Assembly: GCA_040326155.1 (NCBI GenBank)
Contig: JBEQLE010000016.1
Location: forward strand, 1-64,000
Length of the DNA stretch: 64,000 bases
Reading direction: 5' to 3'
Origin: Leptospirales bacterium
GTDB taxonomy: Bacteria > Spirochaetota > Leptospiria > Turneriellales > JAOUFE01
The position numbers were made by a program, and so were the translations under genes. The notes below the pieces were generated by a model. It was not told the origin of the DNA and ran no database searches. It saw nothing but the letters and a program-made list of their open reading frames with translations. This document shows positions 21,301 through 29,580 of this stretch, piece by piece; positions within the stretch are counted from its first letter, which is position 1; every line of letters starts with the position of its first letter.

Positions 21301-23132
21301 TATTTCATTTCGCCGCCCGCTTCGCCAACCCAATCATCACCTGTGCTCTCCCGCGCAAGAGAGATGCTGCCCTTTAGTTCAAGGTCACCCCCGCCGAAAG
21401 GCAGAGCCAAAGAAAAACCGGAAGCGGCGTGAAAACTTGCCTTGCCGTTGCCTGTGTTAATACTGGCATTTAGCTCGTTAATCGTCAGCGTTTGTAAATC
21501 GCCTGGAATACTACCGGAATCAATACCTACAACCGAAACCAGTTGCGGCAAAGAAAGATCGGAACCAGGCGCAAGGCCACCTTCTAAAATCCAGTCGCCT
21601 GCGCTGGTTAATTCAGCGCTCAGTTGTAGCAAACCATTATCGTCGCTCTCGCCTTCGCCTGGCTTGCCTAGTTGGAGCATACCTCGTATAACCCCAAAAT
21701 ATTTTGTTGTTGCCCCGCTGGCATCTACATTGCCCGAAATGCTGATTGCCTTTAAACTTATTTCAAGTCCTATAATCTTATTAAAATCCCATATGCCAGA
21801 TAGGCCAAAATAAAATTGATATTGTTTTTCAGTGACATTGCCAGATATGCGTAAACCGTCAATCTGCATGTCCAGCAAGGAATCGGGTATCGTTACACCT
21901 GCAAGAAGACCCTCAATAATTTCTTGAATATCGGGCGCGGTTTCTGGAACCAGTTCAATGGAAAATTCTTGCTCCGGAACTTCCAGAGTAAGGTTAAGTT
22001 CAGTATTGCCTAACTTAATCTGCCCATATATTTCTGCGTGTCCCGAAACCGGGTCAGTCGTAGGCCAGATGGTGAAGGCTCCACCGAGTTTCGAAACGGT
22101 GAGTCCCGGCAGAAGTTCTAACTCGTCCTCTTCATCCATTACCGCAACAATAGTGATATCTTCTGGAATGCCCGACACGGCACCTAAAAGCACTCGGATA
22201 CTTTGTATCTGTATTTCTGGCATGTTTGCAGGCATGGGAATTCCAAGCCCGGTAGCGTCTGCCGTTTGGTTATCTGATTCACCAAGTTCTGCGTATAAGA
22301 CATGAAAAGGACGGTCGGGTGGCGCGGGTATCAATTGGAATTTAACGGTTATTGTGTTTACATTGTCAATATCACCAAGAGAAATCGCAATCTCGCCCTC
22401 CAATAAAAGCGCAGCCTGTAACAGACCTGTTTCGTTTTCTTCGGCGATGAGTGCAATTTTAATATCCGATAGCGTTACGGCACCAATGGTAATTGGCTTA
22501 AATGATGGCGTTTCAATCCGTAACTTTTGTACGGTTCCCGCTTCGCCAATTTCGGCAGTCCCTGTTACTCGAGGTAAATCTACAAATTCTCCAAGCAGGG
22601 GTAGCAAAGGCGCTAATAGATCATCCAGTCCCGGGTTAACAATGCCATCGGAAATTTCTATGACCCCCCTATTGTCAGCGTTGCTTTTTAGTTCAAGCTT
22701 AAGGTCGATCAGGGGAACCCAAAGTCCTGACCCGGTGAGTTCGGGAAACAGCCCTGCCGGGGTAACGCCCATCTCGGGGATGACCAGTATGGTAAGGGCA
22801 ACTTCTTCGCTTCCGATTTCACCTTCTGGTTCGCTGGTACTATCTGCTGCACCAGCTATAGCACTTTGAATAATAAATACGGCACTTATTTTAACGGGGG
22901 GTAGCCCAAACACAGAAGCGTAACCGGTGATCTCAACTTTGCCTGTGGCTGTCGTTTCGCTCACCTGAGCTTCCAGAATTTCAAACCCCATCGACTGATC
23001 AGGCAGGTAGGCTTCTAGTAGATCGTAGATACAGGGCAACTCTTCGAGAGGTTGTAACAATAAAGTACCCTCATCGGGGTCGATGACTTGTAGTTTGAGC
23101 AGCTTTTCTATTTCACCTGTTGTCATTGCCAA
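12366..23132 (-). CDS. Giant 3588-aa protein: beta-rich (DUF6603-like) N-terminal third and multiple degenerate LysM-like repeats
   Basis: Uninterrupted ORF. Alternating hydrophobic/Gly beta-strands through ~aa 1120. YNIEDGDSLETIADAHGITAIELATAN plus several weaker LysM-like units at about 15030-16060. The DUF6603 label is from recollection of similar proteins. Confidence 0.65.
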   Translation of the reverse strand: MAMTTGEIEKLLKLQVIDPDEGTLLLQPLEELPCIYDLLEAYLPDQSMGFEILEAQVSETTATGKVEITGYASVFGLPPVKISAVFIIQSAIAGAADSTSEPEGEIGSEEVALTILVIPEMGVTPAGLFPELTGSGLWVPLIDLKLELKSNADNRGVIEISDGIVNPGLDDLLAPLLPLLGEFVDLPRVTGTAEIGEAGTVQKLRIETPSFKPITIGAVTLSDIKIALIAEENETGLLQAALLLEGEIAISLGDIDNVNTITVKFQLIPAPPDRPFHVLYAELGESDNQTADATGLGIPMPANMPEIQIQSIRVLLGAVSGIPEDITIVAVMDEEDELELLPGLTVSKLGGAFTIWPTTDPVSGHAEIYGQIKLGNTELNLTLEVPEQEFSIELVPETAPDIQEIIEGLLAGVTIPDSLLDMQIDGLRISGNVTEKQYQFYFGLSGIWDFNKIIGLEISLKAISISGNVDASGATTKYFGVIRGMLQLGKPGEGESDDNGLLQLSAELTSAGDWILEGGLAPGSDLSLPQLVSVVGIDSGSIPGDLQTLTINELNASINTGNGKASFHAASGFSLALPFGGGDLELKGSISLARESTGDDWVGEAGGEMKYKTIRLKAAFPINNADIDLTIGLWLPQAGDPDAGAWLECTVDKDASGSIEKLTISLSNELNIFAAIEGFINLMIPGFAMKFPPPWDQLKDLTLPPTTIEINPKKNTVSLSITGGFDDINQVPGIDIQSVGLLYDTKKSKIEFQLVGGLFGTAYTKDDPLSFDPVTEDLPTPKVPDVGFELRYLGVGRHVSLRNAAGYDHVADAIDDLRHAFDIDPREGAAALGPLTYNSGSEWLIGFDFSAAGFLSIGAIFNDPVFYGLVIRLDGPGAKSMSGFELEIMYKRIAPGLGVYSIELELPSAIRTLELGAITLRLPVVGIDIFTNGNFKLDMGFPYGANFERSFYISVLPFTGAGGFYFASLNGATSTVVPRIVNGEFDPVIEFGIGLQVGIGKSFGSGCFYAEINVSVLAILEGCFATFLPYDKNAGEALFYRISGTFGIYAILTGRVDFGVLCVNFTAELYLIAQVVVESYAPFFINARAGVRVSARVKIGWFTITLRFSQEVSVSYTFGSRKATPWIVGTRAVAAGMGRGHGLQNHSQNRQMRMTMSPDGTTSVLENNTFDWARVPAVNAKIPITWYSWFGVSIDLETKNADGQNKLSHIPVATPLIGFAEMLDEPDTEKNNKPPEDFALWIERVFHWLLTAWPSNTAGQISFSSASKMDRALQEDRAAASIGWSELNDFIFENFSVTLRSQPLAQEGGEYKMALVPLPPALFIQFDIDGTLRELDLSVEPLVDQSSLSNIKERSSRYTPGTISTPSGAATSNGSEAGIDAPMSEWLWKDAISLQIKELASRLLSLMEACPIQITGEHAYTSMGDIYEPLVYDPDPNDADREPYFEDFVEANMAKIDILKIDFEIIIPQESGDLSYNIEDGDSLETIADAHGITAIELATANLDVDLVRLESTWTVPYIKELSPEEAWQQLIDANALSDIAAMTSRFLLHGVRIPVKDETSIPVKLDWKNLYEAAALQFELPITEKTTDGKGTSITEKLNRGSVKLTLTPSANGHKPEWLIFENEVLAAQALTDALSNMGQSAQNMTQIAQDLDKIAKSIPPAEQTEETKLQIENIDKIVKAAAALQVAIDANNDTTLTSAEALILAAQSMSENVEITTALVEFKTTKTEVDKALLKKMQTAAQLDLEFTENEDAALGKILNDTSFVPEATVTAMEMTREEQLDFSLARAIPLRRLSESDDIKTYGRLRVLPPSFFQFLESSQKEGQVDYDWVALRARRSSAAENIEEPRLNFQWAVRLDIEVYKLDKEAAVEGRTIYRIAGLSPNAQLQLERTLADAEQGLITVSLAPSTGVAGAATSSGGLLVGQRDAKEIILFRNDADDRLDTPAGADNRSAIDFLRLLAESLDEEAGSFFFADVLPGVDDVEERIFAGGKKGKVTLMIFPEGQVDPLRHADSIYLDEAQDKGSAPIRLTADGLTQKKARFERDMLHFRLERPEPEENTADALESLYSLVSFYFSDENGDNPSPASLPIGPREVQEGTWLYEQVIPVAAAFKNRSELAAYSAVGKTRWLNISWRDLFGNEASSQDFSFAGLATPVAPKEEKIKRLPLTCYYYDDIIGVNRWPGVQATHVFQSGATKPQLSMQIKFDPSMLGEKEDSVNAGQNNIQKGTQNITQNSTESTKEELAKVIAQLQDTRLQTFIQTSLEAEPSLTTKQQWKSDLLNFLRGVDALMISADTLEPLEISPASGVNSANGINTVNIEAFLIAHRITEEELSRAIQTLPLGEFLNISDGIPLLKIPIKWQIGTDSLNSIALALKMASTDVLIESLLERYLNEPGIFNLDFVLEPATESTSELVAKSAIIGRLTLAAPGSLTPTNVTSSTDTTDFTELAENPSVIITPSLTIAEAAAGLNTTPGELLLEFADREGLLAPKKVIITSERNEAMQADESLGELARRMLYTIEVEIIGGSITNGFAIAPDQIEIIAANRLVNLSETCAILLENRLVAPTLVNIENGEAGEAWKSSQATSIVAVGKELSVSPEDFVAINARRADILQPNIELSVIVVPKTSPSNINNINSASNTTNTNADSSNENTTFTIRTIVDDSFDTLRKAFSALAGKTISSAEFASAIAEANILKPGSFYLAPPVPVILSRNVQARKTPAAYELKASLVLQRFSEQPAAEDIEFIHPQMRDKKSVWYVASEIAPSGSGDHGSVGTDSNKTNKTKNKTATLRPYALAFQNALAKENLHLGMGAKRRGGGDKPSLWAVRLGKGGFHYQIDSKNPAFLSLRPLATTPMNRKDVAIFKFIEDKANLALGFDDPVNPGTDIPNEAYELKNYSDIDFDEWAKRSLELFDRMLRPACALAFSEIEVTENGHTYDELLAARAKLASALTTGLTEIIDYPPPAGIKEPAESEVTRRIMKERIGNRLASAYDIDTAVMFPLTFTNAAGEPFEAKGSFLEDRSVATDTGYTLQSSNFSRNEDYLTMAVDVLKPEEHRTVDTKVAFQLDGLEFENPVRKAGDNKHEEIVLSFVIPPCPNELGELEIPVALRDMPEAPRLSRQQGVADFEMNEKGYPEINSFDDLLAWRYEVDFLAEFAEQDNHTMEIFFNLKALVPLPPMLGGYNGRLFQDLFHALAQCNETLEKYSDMLEARVEARFATDEKAGGNNNADLHWILDDMIVLVDELADHWRELYERGGVIAPATYGETLQTSKHRYEFTEERYTETNAANEIIKDDLRYVFTCAPDDPAPLVRVNGVTGVTSKPKFKTVVDAEGISKQQAVFTVTMKDWFRDKTSDELEEMPRRIGFQHLHILEKQNVRVRIKTTRNAKLLEGKTTAEAFVYRTPIVTLPDRFFPSVEMEKRVAVSSLTPTGSTKKYNHPTELLADILHHLLGLGFGQENAGITRRLALSVRYGFSLAGDWSEVNGKEASFASETPLFFEPRFILDHVPNGVDVNADDAVSRLGREMQEWLENAGARRENAGFVIGIDVYTDETLNPALVEKHSDGQGARDDARLLKIMRLEAEFPG

Positions 23133-23188
23133 AATATTTTCCTTCTTTAATATTCCCTTTATATCTACGTTATCATATCATTATCAAA

Positions 23189-26100
23189 TTATTCGGGTTT
23201 ATTCCAGGCAGCGTACCATGCGACTTTTCCGGAGCCTCCGGCATTGGGGTCGCCAAAAAGTGCCGCATCTATGTTTCCATCCATCGGGAGCGTAAGGCCG
23301 AGAGGCATATGTATACCCAGCCTGCGAAAAAGCAAAATCGTTTCGCCGGTTTCAGGGTTTGTCATAAACTGAATCTGCTCGGGGCCAATTTTTATGAGAT
23401 CATCAACGATACTAAAAGAGCCGTCAAACCCTGGAATTCGCAGCCCCATATTAACGGCTGAGTTTTTTCCATTTGGCCACCAGGCAATGGTTAAATATAC
23501 TTTTATCGAGCCAAGACCAAGATCCAGACGATATTCCAACTGGTAACCCGCCTCGGGGCGCGTTGTCTGGGGTATCGGAGAAACAACGGGGGCTAATTTT
23601 AAAGCGGAGATACCGTTCTCGGGTAACAAACGAAGGGAGTCCAATGCCAGTGGAAAACGATTTGCCAGTGCATTCGTGCGAGCCTCGGCCGTTGCCGCTT
23701 GTATACGCATGGGTTCTATAGAAAAAGTAATCTCAGAAACCGGAGTCTCTTTTGCTTTTGCGGGCACACTGAAAGAGAGATTCAGAGCCATATTATTCAT
23801 CGGAATTTTATCGTAGGAGAAAATATCAAACCCTTCCTGGGCGCGAAACTTCAGATGCCCTGCAAGTAAAAATCGACCTTTTACATCCAGGCCTGTGCCA
23901 TCTTCACCCGGCCCCACAGAGGTTGTTTCAAAACCGGCGCGATGGAGCATGACCTCTTCCAAAACTCCGCTGGTCGTATAAAAAGGTAATTTTTCTTTGC
24001 TGCGAAACGTGTAACGGCCTTTACCGTCGTGCTCTTCGTAATGTCCGTTTAAGATGATTGTATCGGTTGGGCGTCCTTCCGGGTCTTCTACAGCTGACGG
24101 CGTGATTTCGGCCGATCCTTTTTTCCCTTCTACCTTAAGTATGGTAGTTGCTTTATCGCCAAAAAGTTCGCGAATGGATACATCGATGCGAGCCTGAAAA
24201 GTTTGCAACCGGGAATTTCGAAAACGCGCGCGCAATTTGCGAACTGTCCAATCCCACGAGGCCTCTACACTTAAAGCTGAGTCGTCGTTGTAGTCGACCA
24301 GACCAAACAAAGCGCCGCGGCCTCCGGTAATTGAACCCGATTCTTGACGTTCTAAAGCCGAGCTGCTCACCCCCACATGATGTGCCTTTAATTTCGTAGG
24401 GTCGACTCCTCCTGCAATGATCGCTAGATCATCCGGAAATCCAACCGGCGAAACCGATACATTAAAAGCTATAAAACCATTCCAGTTTGGGTTTTGCCAG
24501 ATTTGATAAAGAAACGGAGCAAAATCAAGATCGCCGCCATCTACTGCTTTTCGAGCCACTTCTGCTGATTCTTGCAGGCGGTCAGAAATATCCCAGGGGT
24601 CGAGATTTAGAAATTGACCTTCCGTCCATTCGTCCGGCCTTTTGACCAACTCTTCCATCGACTCGGGATGATCTTTAAATACTAAAATTGTATTAAAATT
24701 AAACCATAACGCAGGGTCGATGTCAAACCCCCAACCGGCAATGCTGAGCAGTGGGTTTTCAAGCGACGCGTCGTTTTCGAGAAAGAGTATCGGGTCGCTC
24801 ATTACAGAGATCCGCCGACTAGACAAAAGCGCATTCTTTAAAGGACCTTTGATATTGTTGATGGCAAATGGCTGATCGTCGCTTCCGGTGGTAATTAACA
24901 TCCGCCTCCACTGCGATAGGTCGTGGGAAAAATTTCCGATGTATCCGCCGGGGGTTACGCTGGTAATTCCGTCCATCGCCGGAGCGCCGTAATTTACACC
25001 GGTGCCACTTCGAGATGGCACGCCGCCGGCAGTATTGACTGGAATAGGCGAATAAGCATCCAAAACCGAACCGTCATCTGCGCGTTGAAAATATTTCATT
25101 TTTTGACTACGCACAGGAGCCGCCATGCACAGTTCAAGCCGCAAAGCCGCTTCGCTACAATTCGCATCGATTCCGCCAAAAGGCAGAACTGGCACACACT
25201 CTTTTCGATGGGCAATGGTTCCCACAGAGCGATCAGCAAGGTTGGCAATCGGTGTCGCTAAAAAAGAGGCGGAGTCATCGGGGCCGCCAGGCACATAAAA
25301 AGGTTGCTCCGAGGGTTGGGCAAAATAAGTGGCGAGCCCGCCGTGAAAGCGAACATAAGAGGTGCAAGCCCGGTCTTCTAATACGAGAGAATCTTCCTGT
25401 GCATTTGTCGTTTGTTGTGTGTCATTTGGCTTTCTATTTTTTTTAAAATTAGGTAAATATGCGTTACACCCGTTTCGAAATGTCATATAAAAAGGGTGGC
25501 TATCAAACCCTCCCTGGTAAAATTCCGTTCCCGAAGTTCCCGGCATAAGTGAGGGGAACTGCTCCGTTTGAATTTCTGGCGATTCGTGTGTGCTCAGGGA
25601 AAACGAACCCCAGGGTGTTAAATACCAAGCGTCGGAATTTCGTCCTCCCATTGTCTCCATTTTTCGTTCGTAGATTAAACCTGCACCTTCTGTGGGAGTA
25701 ACCCAAATCGTTTGTCCGAGAGGAGTTCTAAAATAGGATGGTATCGTTGCTGATGATGAAAATTTAAATATAGTTTCTGGCTGTTCGTTATCGCGCCTCA
25801 ATGAATGAAGCGGGTGCAAAAATGCCGTGCATTTCAGAGATTGCTCTCCGGGCGAAAAAACCGGAAAACGAAGCGAGTCAATATAGTCAGACCCATTTTC
25901 TTGACCCTCTTCTTGATCAGGAAAAAAGTATCTGATTCCGGCATCGAGAAGATTCAGATCGGCTTCATGAATATCGATGTTGAATTTTAAACGACCGGGA
26001 CGAGATCGGGCAACTTCAATGTCTACCTCGCCTTGAATAGCCCCCGTACTTTTTACCCCAAAACCTGTCATGAAATAGCCAGCCGATGTTTTTCCATTTG

Positions 26101-26491
26101 GCGCTTGAAAAGTTAAGAGGTCGCCGTTTGTTTCTAAAGTCGAGCCGGGGTATAGATATAATATATGATTGCGAAATCGAAACAAGCCTCGATCGATCAA
26201 TTTTCCATTTTGAATTTTTAAGCCGCGTAGCTTGCCAGGGTCATCGAGCAAATCAGGGTATTGCACCCAGACCATTTTAAGAGCCGGATCTCTGCGAAGA
26301 ACTTTTACTCGCAATGTAAAATCATCTAAATCGGCGGGCGGAGTATCGCAAAAAATAAGGCAGCTATCGTCGTGTATAAAATCTGTTAGCGTTTTTTCAA
26401 TGCTTTCTGTACCCGAATTATAAAGAAATAACGCAGGGTACGGCTCGCATGAATAGAGCCCTTCAGAAAGATGCGAAAAAACAATCGGCAT
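23189..26491 (-). CDS. Large hypothetical protein (1100 aa), beta-rich, no signal peptide
   Basis: Long ORF 2 bp downstream of the Ig-repeat gene; no catalytic motif recognised. Confidence 0.8.
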   Translation of the reverse strand: MPIVFSHLSEGLYSCEPYPALFLYNSGTESIEKTLTDFIHDDSCLIFCDTPPADLDDFTLRVKVLRRDPALKMVWVQYPDLLDDPGKLRGLKIQNGKLIDRGLFRFRNHILYLYPGSTLETNGDLLTFQAPNGKTSAGYFMTGFGVKSTGAIQGEVDIEVARSRPGRLKFNIDIHEADLNLLDAGIRYFFPDQEEGQENGSDYIDSLRFPVFSPGEQSLKCTAFLHPLHSLRRDNEQPETIFKFSSSATIPSYFRTPLGQTIWVTPTEGAGLIYERKMETMGGRNSDAWYLTPWGSFSLSTHESPEIQTEQFPSLMPGTSGTEFYQGGFDSHPFYMTFRNGCNAYLPNFKKNRKPNDTQQTTNAQEDSLVLEDRACTSYVRFHGGLATYFAQPSEQPFYVPGGPDDSASFLATPIANLADRSVGTIAHRKECVPVLPFGGIDANCSEAALRLELCMAAPVRSQKMKYFQRADDGSVLDAYSPIPVNTAGGVPSRSGTGVNYGAPAMDGITSVTPGGYIGNFSHDLSQWRRMLITTGSDDQPFAINNIKGPLKNALLSSRRISVMSDPILFLENDASLENPLLSIAGWGFDIDPALWFNFNTILVFKDHPESMEELVKRPDEWTEGQFLNLDPWDISDRLQESAEVARKAVDGGDLDFAPFLYQIWQNPNWNGFIAFNVSVSPVGFPDDLAIIAGGVDPTKLKAHHVGVSSSALERQESGSITGGRGALFGLVDYNDDSALSVEASWDWTVRKLRARFRNSRLQTFQARIDVSIRELFGDKATTILKVEGKKGSAEITPSAVEDPEGRPTDTIILNGHYEEHDGKGRYTFRSKEKLPFYTTSGVLEEVMLHRAGFETTSVGPGEDGTGLDVKGRFLLAGHLKFRAQEGFDIFSYDKIPMNNMALNLSFSVPAKAKETPVSEITFSIEPMRIQAATAEARTNALANRFPLALDSLRLLPENGISALKLAPVVSPIPQTTRPEAGYQLEYRLDLGLGSIKVYLTIAWWPNGKNSAVNMGLRIPGFDGSFSIVDDLIKIGPEQIQFMTNPETGETILLFRRLGIHMPLGLTLPMDGNIDAALFGDPNAGGSGKVAWYAAWNKPE

Positions 26492-26493
26492 GA

Positions 26494-29307
26494 TTAGTCC
26501 AACCTGAATTCTATGTGATCTCCTGCCAATAGCGGAGCATCTGCAAAATCAATGGTTGAGTTTTGAGGTTGTAAACCTATGTCAGACCACTGTTTTTTTC
26601 GTAATTTGATAGAACTTTTTTCTGCGTTTGTATCTACGCTTACATCGGACCATTGACGTTGCCAGGTTACCTGCCCGCTGTGAACCAAATCCGGAGTAAA
26701 CCAATGAAGGTGTTGTTCGCAAATTTGCCTGAGGGTAGCACCGACGGGAACATAGCTTTTTTTGCCATTGAGAACCAAAGGTAATTCAACCACGACCCCC
26801 GTTCTTCCTCGAAATCTTCGCAGAATAAAATCGGCACTGGCTTCGCCGAAATCTCCGGCTGCCGCTTGAATGCCCTGGCTAAGCGCAGAATAGGTATCTG
26901 CCGCAACAAGAGTTACGTGTTCTTCCTTTACAGATGACGCCGTTGCTGATGAGGGCAGGCTGGCCGGTAGTACGATCGCCAGGTACTTTCGCCTGAGATC
27001 CCCGGCATGAAGATCAGTCAGTCCGCCGATCATTCCGTCAGTGGATTCATCTGCCGTTGTGTATCCGAATTCTGAGAGCCCGGTAGCCATCGGATTTAAC
27101 GTCGTGATAAAAGAGCCATCATGAATTCGTTGGCGACTTACCGGAAGAAGCATCTCTCCGGAAGGAACCATTCCATTTGTCTGATCGCGACCTGGGCCGC
27201 AAAATTGAAATGAGGCTGCACTAACACGTACACGAAAACCCGGCATAAGAGGAATGGCTCTTAAAGAGCGATCGAGCCCACAACTCCAGGGCAGAATTTC
27301 AGAAACAGCCAGGGGAATAGACCGAACCACTCGATTGCGCACGAGATCGCCAGAACCCGATTGTAACAATGTACTTTCTTTTAATTCAATACCTGTGAGC
27401 AGTTTTTCAAAGGCACTTTTTAACAAAGCACGGTTGTCTGAATCGGTAGACCAGATCAACTCTCCCGGAATACTTATTCTGAGTTTGTTGACTCCCTTTT
27501 TTACGGAAGCGACCATGTTCTCCGCTTCACTTTTCCAGGTGGCATCACCGGCTACAATGTCAGGAATCTCCAGTAGAAAATCTTCTCCATAAGTAAAATC
27601 CGGTGGCAGCAAATAAGGCTCTTCGGTCGTTTCATTTTTAAAATCGGTAAAGCTACGAAAAACCTGAAAGCTGTCGTTTTCAAAGGGAATAGCGTGTTTT
27701 ATTTCAAAATCGTAAATATTTTCAACATGGTTACCTGCGATATCTTCCAACTTTAAACTCAACTTATGGTTTCCAATTCCAAGCAAACCAATATGAGGCA
27801 ATGGGCCGAATTGCAATTTAACCTTACCGCCCGGTGCGATAGATTCATTTTCTTGTACGACTAAATTGTAAGTACTTTTGTTTGCGGCTATAAGCGTCGC
27901 TGAACAAGAAGACGTATCTATCCCTGAATGCAGATCGCTCACTTCGACCGTCACTGGTTCTGCCAGTCTTTGCTTATCTAAAACACCCTTAGGAAAAACG
28001 GATGAGATTACCGGTGGGGTTGTATCTACTAGAAATTCGGTTTTTTCAGTTGCGGTTTCATTCCCTGCAAGGTCGCGCGCTGTAACGGATAAAGTATGCA
28101 GACCATCTGGTAAATTAGCAGTTTGCAGCTCAACGTTAAAAACATCAGAGACTTCTCCTGCCTGGTTCACTTGCTTCAAAGTGGGATCCATAGGCTTACC
28201 ATCTAAAAGTACTTTTACAGAACTTTGTTCTAAATGCGATCCACCCCCATCTGTAATAACTGCCGATATTTTAGGTGATGCAATATTATGAATAGAGTCC
28301 ATTCCCGGAAAAATCGAATGAATTTGCGGCGGTGATACATCTACAGTAAATAGAACTTCGGTACTTTTTGCTACATTGCCAGCTTTGTCTTTTAATTTGA
28401 AGATTATGGAATGCGAACCTTCGGGCAGCTTAACCGGCTGAAACGTAATTGTTAAAACCCCTGCCGAAGGGGAGGGCGTTTTTATCAATGATGGGTTATT
28501 TTCTTTGCTAAATGATTTCCCATCTTGTATAATACGAATAGATTCCAAATCAAGAGGAGACCCGCCGTTTTTTAAAACCGTGGCTGTAAATAACGGACTT
28601 TGTGTATTTAATTGCGCACCGTTAGGCGGTTCTACCGACTGAAACTCGGGAGGTGTTGCATCGACTAAGAATTTAGTTTTGGGAGAATTGACGAGATTCC
28701 CAGCCATGTCTTTTGCCTGGATTTTATAAGAATGTTCCGCTTCTGTCAGATTAACTTCCGGTTCAAATAAAATTTTAATGCTGTCGTTCGATAAAATCGT
28801 TTTTTTTATTTTAGTGGCATCGATGGGTAGGTCGTCTACAACCAACTGAATGGAATTTCGATCTATGTGAGATCCTCCATCGTCTGCAACCAATGCGGAA
28901 ATTGGTTCTTTAAGATTGTTTATGTACGATCCTTCAGAAGGTTTCAGGTCAGTTATTCTGGGTGAGATTGTGTCAATAATTATATTTGAGGGATTTGAAA
29001 CAATATTATTACTACTAAGTGAGTTCCCGGTATATGCCTTTGCTTCAATTTTAACGGGAAATCCGCTATTCGCAAAAGTAGATAAATCTATTTGGGAAAA
29101 TTTATGGGTTTTAAAGGGAGTTTTTGCTTCATGCAAATATTCAGAAACGATTTTGTTATCAAGAAAAAGTTTTATGTATTTGAAACCATCCGTTTTACCG
29201 CCACCGACAGTGGTGTCGACTAGAGAAACAGTTACATCGACAACGATTTTATTTATTTTTTCCAGATCTACCGGAGAAGTTATTAGTAATTCAGGACCGT
29301 TATTCAT
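26494..29307 (-). CDS. Bacterial Ig-like repeat protein with an unknown C-terminal domain
   Basis: Four ~107-aa repeats D.TPP...D.GGS.LD..S...L.EG.H.....D.AGN...F.VD plus a degenerate N-terminal copy. ATG 29307 is preceded by AGGTGG; the ORF track starts at GTG 29316. Confidence 0.8.
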   Translation of the reverse strand: MNNGPELLITSPVDLEKINKIVVDVTVSLVDTTVGGGKTDGFKYIKLFLDNKIVSEYLHEAKTPFKTHKFSQIDLSTFANSGFPVKIEAKAYTGNSLSSNNIVSNPSNIIIDTISPRITDLKPSEGSYINNLKEPISALVADDGGSHIDRNSIQLVVDDLPIDATKIKKTILSNDSIKILFEPEVNLTEAEHSYKIQAKDMAGNLVNSPKTKFLVDATPPEFQSVEPPNGAQLNTQSPLFTATVLKNGGSPLDLESIRIIQDGKSFSKENNPSLIKTPSPSAGVLTITFQPVKLPEGSHSIIFKLKDKAGNVAKSTEVLFTVDVSPPQIHSIFPGMDSIHNIASPKISAVITDGGGSHLEQSSVKVLLDGKPMDPTLKQVNQAGEVSDVFNVELQTANLPDGLHTLSVTARDLAGNETATEKTEFLVDTTPPVISSVFPKGVLDKQRLAEPVTVEVSDLHSGIDTSSCSATLIAANKSTYNLVVQENESIAPGGKVKLQFGPLPHIGLLGIGNHKLSLKLEDIAGNHVENIYDFEIKHAIPFENDSFQVFRSFTDFKNETTEEPYLLPPDFTYGEDFLLEIPDIVAGDATWKSEAENMVASVKKGVNKLRISIPGELIWSTDSDNRALLKSAFEKLLTGIELKESTLLQSGSGDLVRNRVVRSIPLAVSEILPWSCGLDRSLRAIPLMPGFRVRVSAASFQFCGPGRDQTNGMVPSGEMLLPVSRQRIHDGSFITTLNPMATGLSEFGYTTADESTDGMIGGLTDLHAGDLRRKYLAIVLPASLPSSATASSVKEEHVTLVAADTYSALSQGIQAAAGDFGEASADFILRRFRGRTGVVVELPLVLNGKKSYVPVGATLRQICEQHLHWFTPDLVHSGQVTWQRQWSDVSVDTNAEKSSIKLRKKQWSDIGLQPQNSTIDFADAPLLAGDHIEFRLD

Positions 29308-29379
29308 TATACCCACCTACCAGGAAAACAAAATTAATGCGCACGAGAAGGTGGGTATACAAGTGGTACGCTGTTGACT

Positions 29380-29407
29380 ATTTTATATAGTAAAAGGATA
29401 TTGTCAA
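29380..29407 (-). promoter_or_regulatory. Putative sigma70 promoter of the four-gene giant operon
   Basis: Minus strand TTGACA-16 nt-TAAAAT, embedded in a TTGAC...GTCAA inverted repeat (29374-29407). Confidence 0.45.
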
Positions 29408-29580
29408 TAAAAAATACAAAAATTAGATTTATTGTCACTTTTATTAGGTATCTTTCTTTTTTTACAATGAATATTATCGAAAGACCACTCCATCCTGTCG
29501 ACGATCAAACTTCCGTGCGGAAAATTAGAAGTACCCTCATCCGCTTACAGCCACAGCAAAAACAAGTTGTGGATTTCCCG

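Noticed and set aside
12087..29377. Many 60-230 aa plus-strand ORFs opposite the giant operon
   Set aside because: Antisense frames of long coding genes; Ser-rich shadow composition and no independent motifs.
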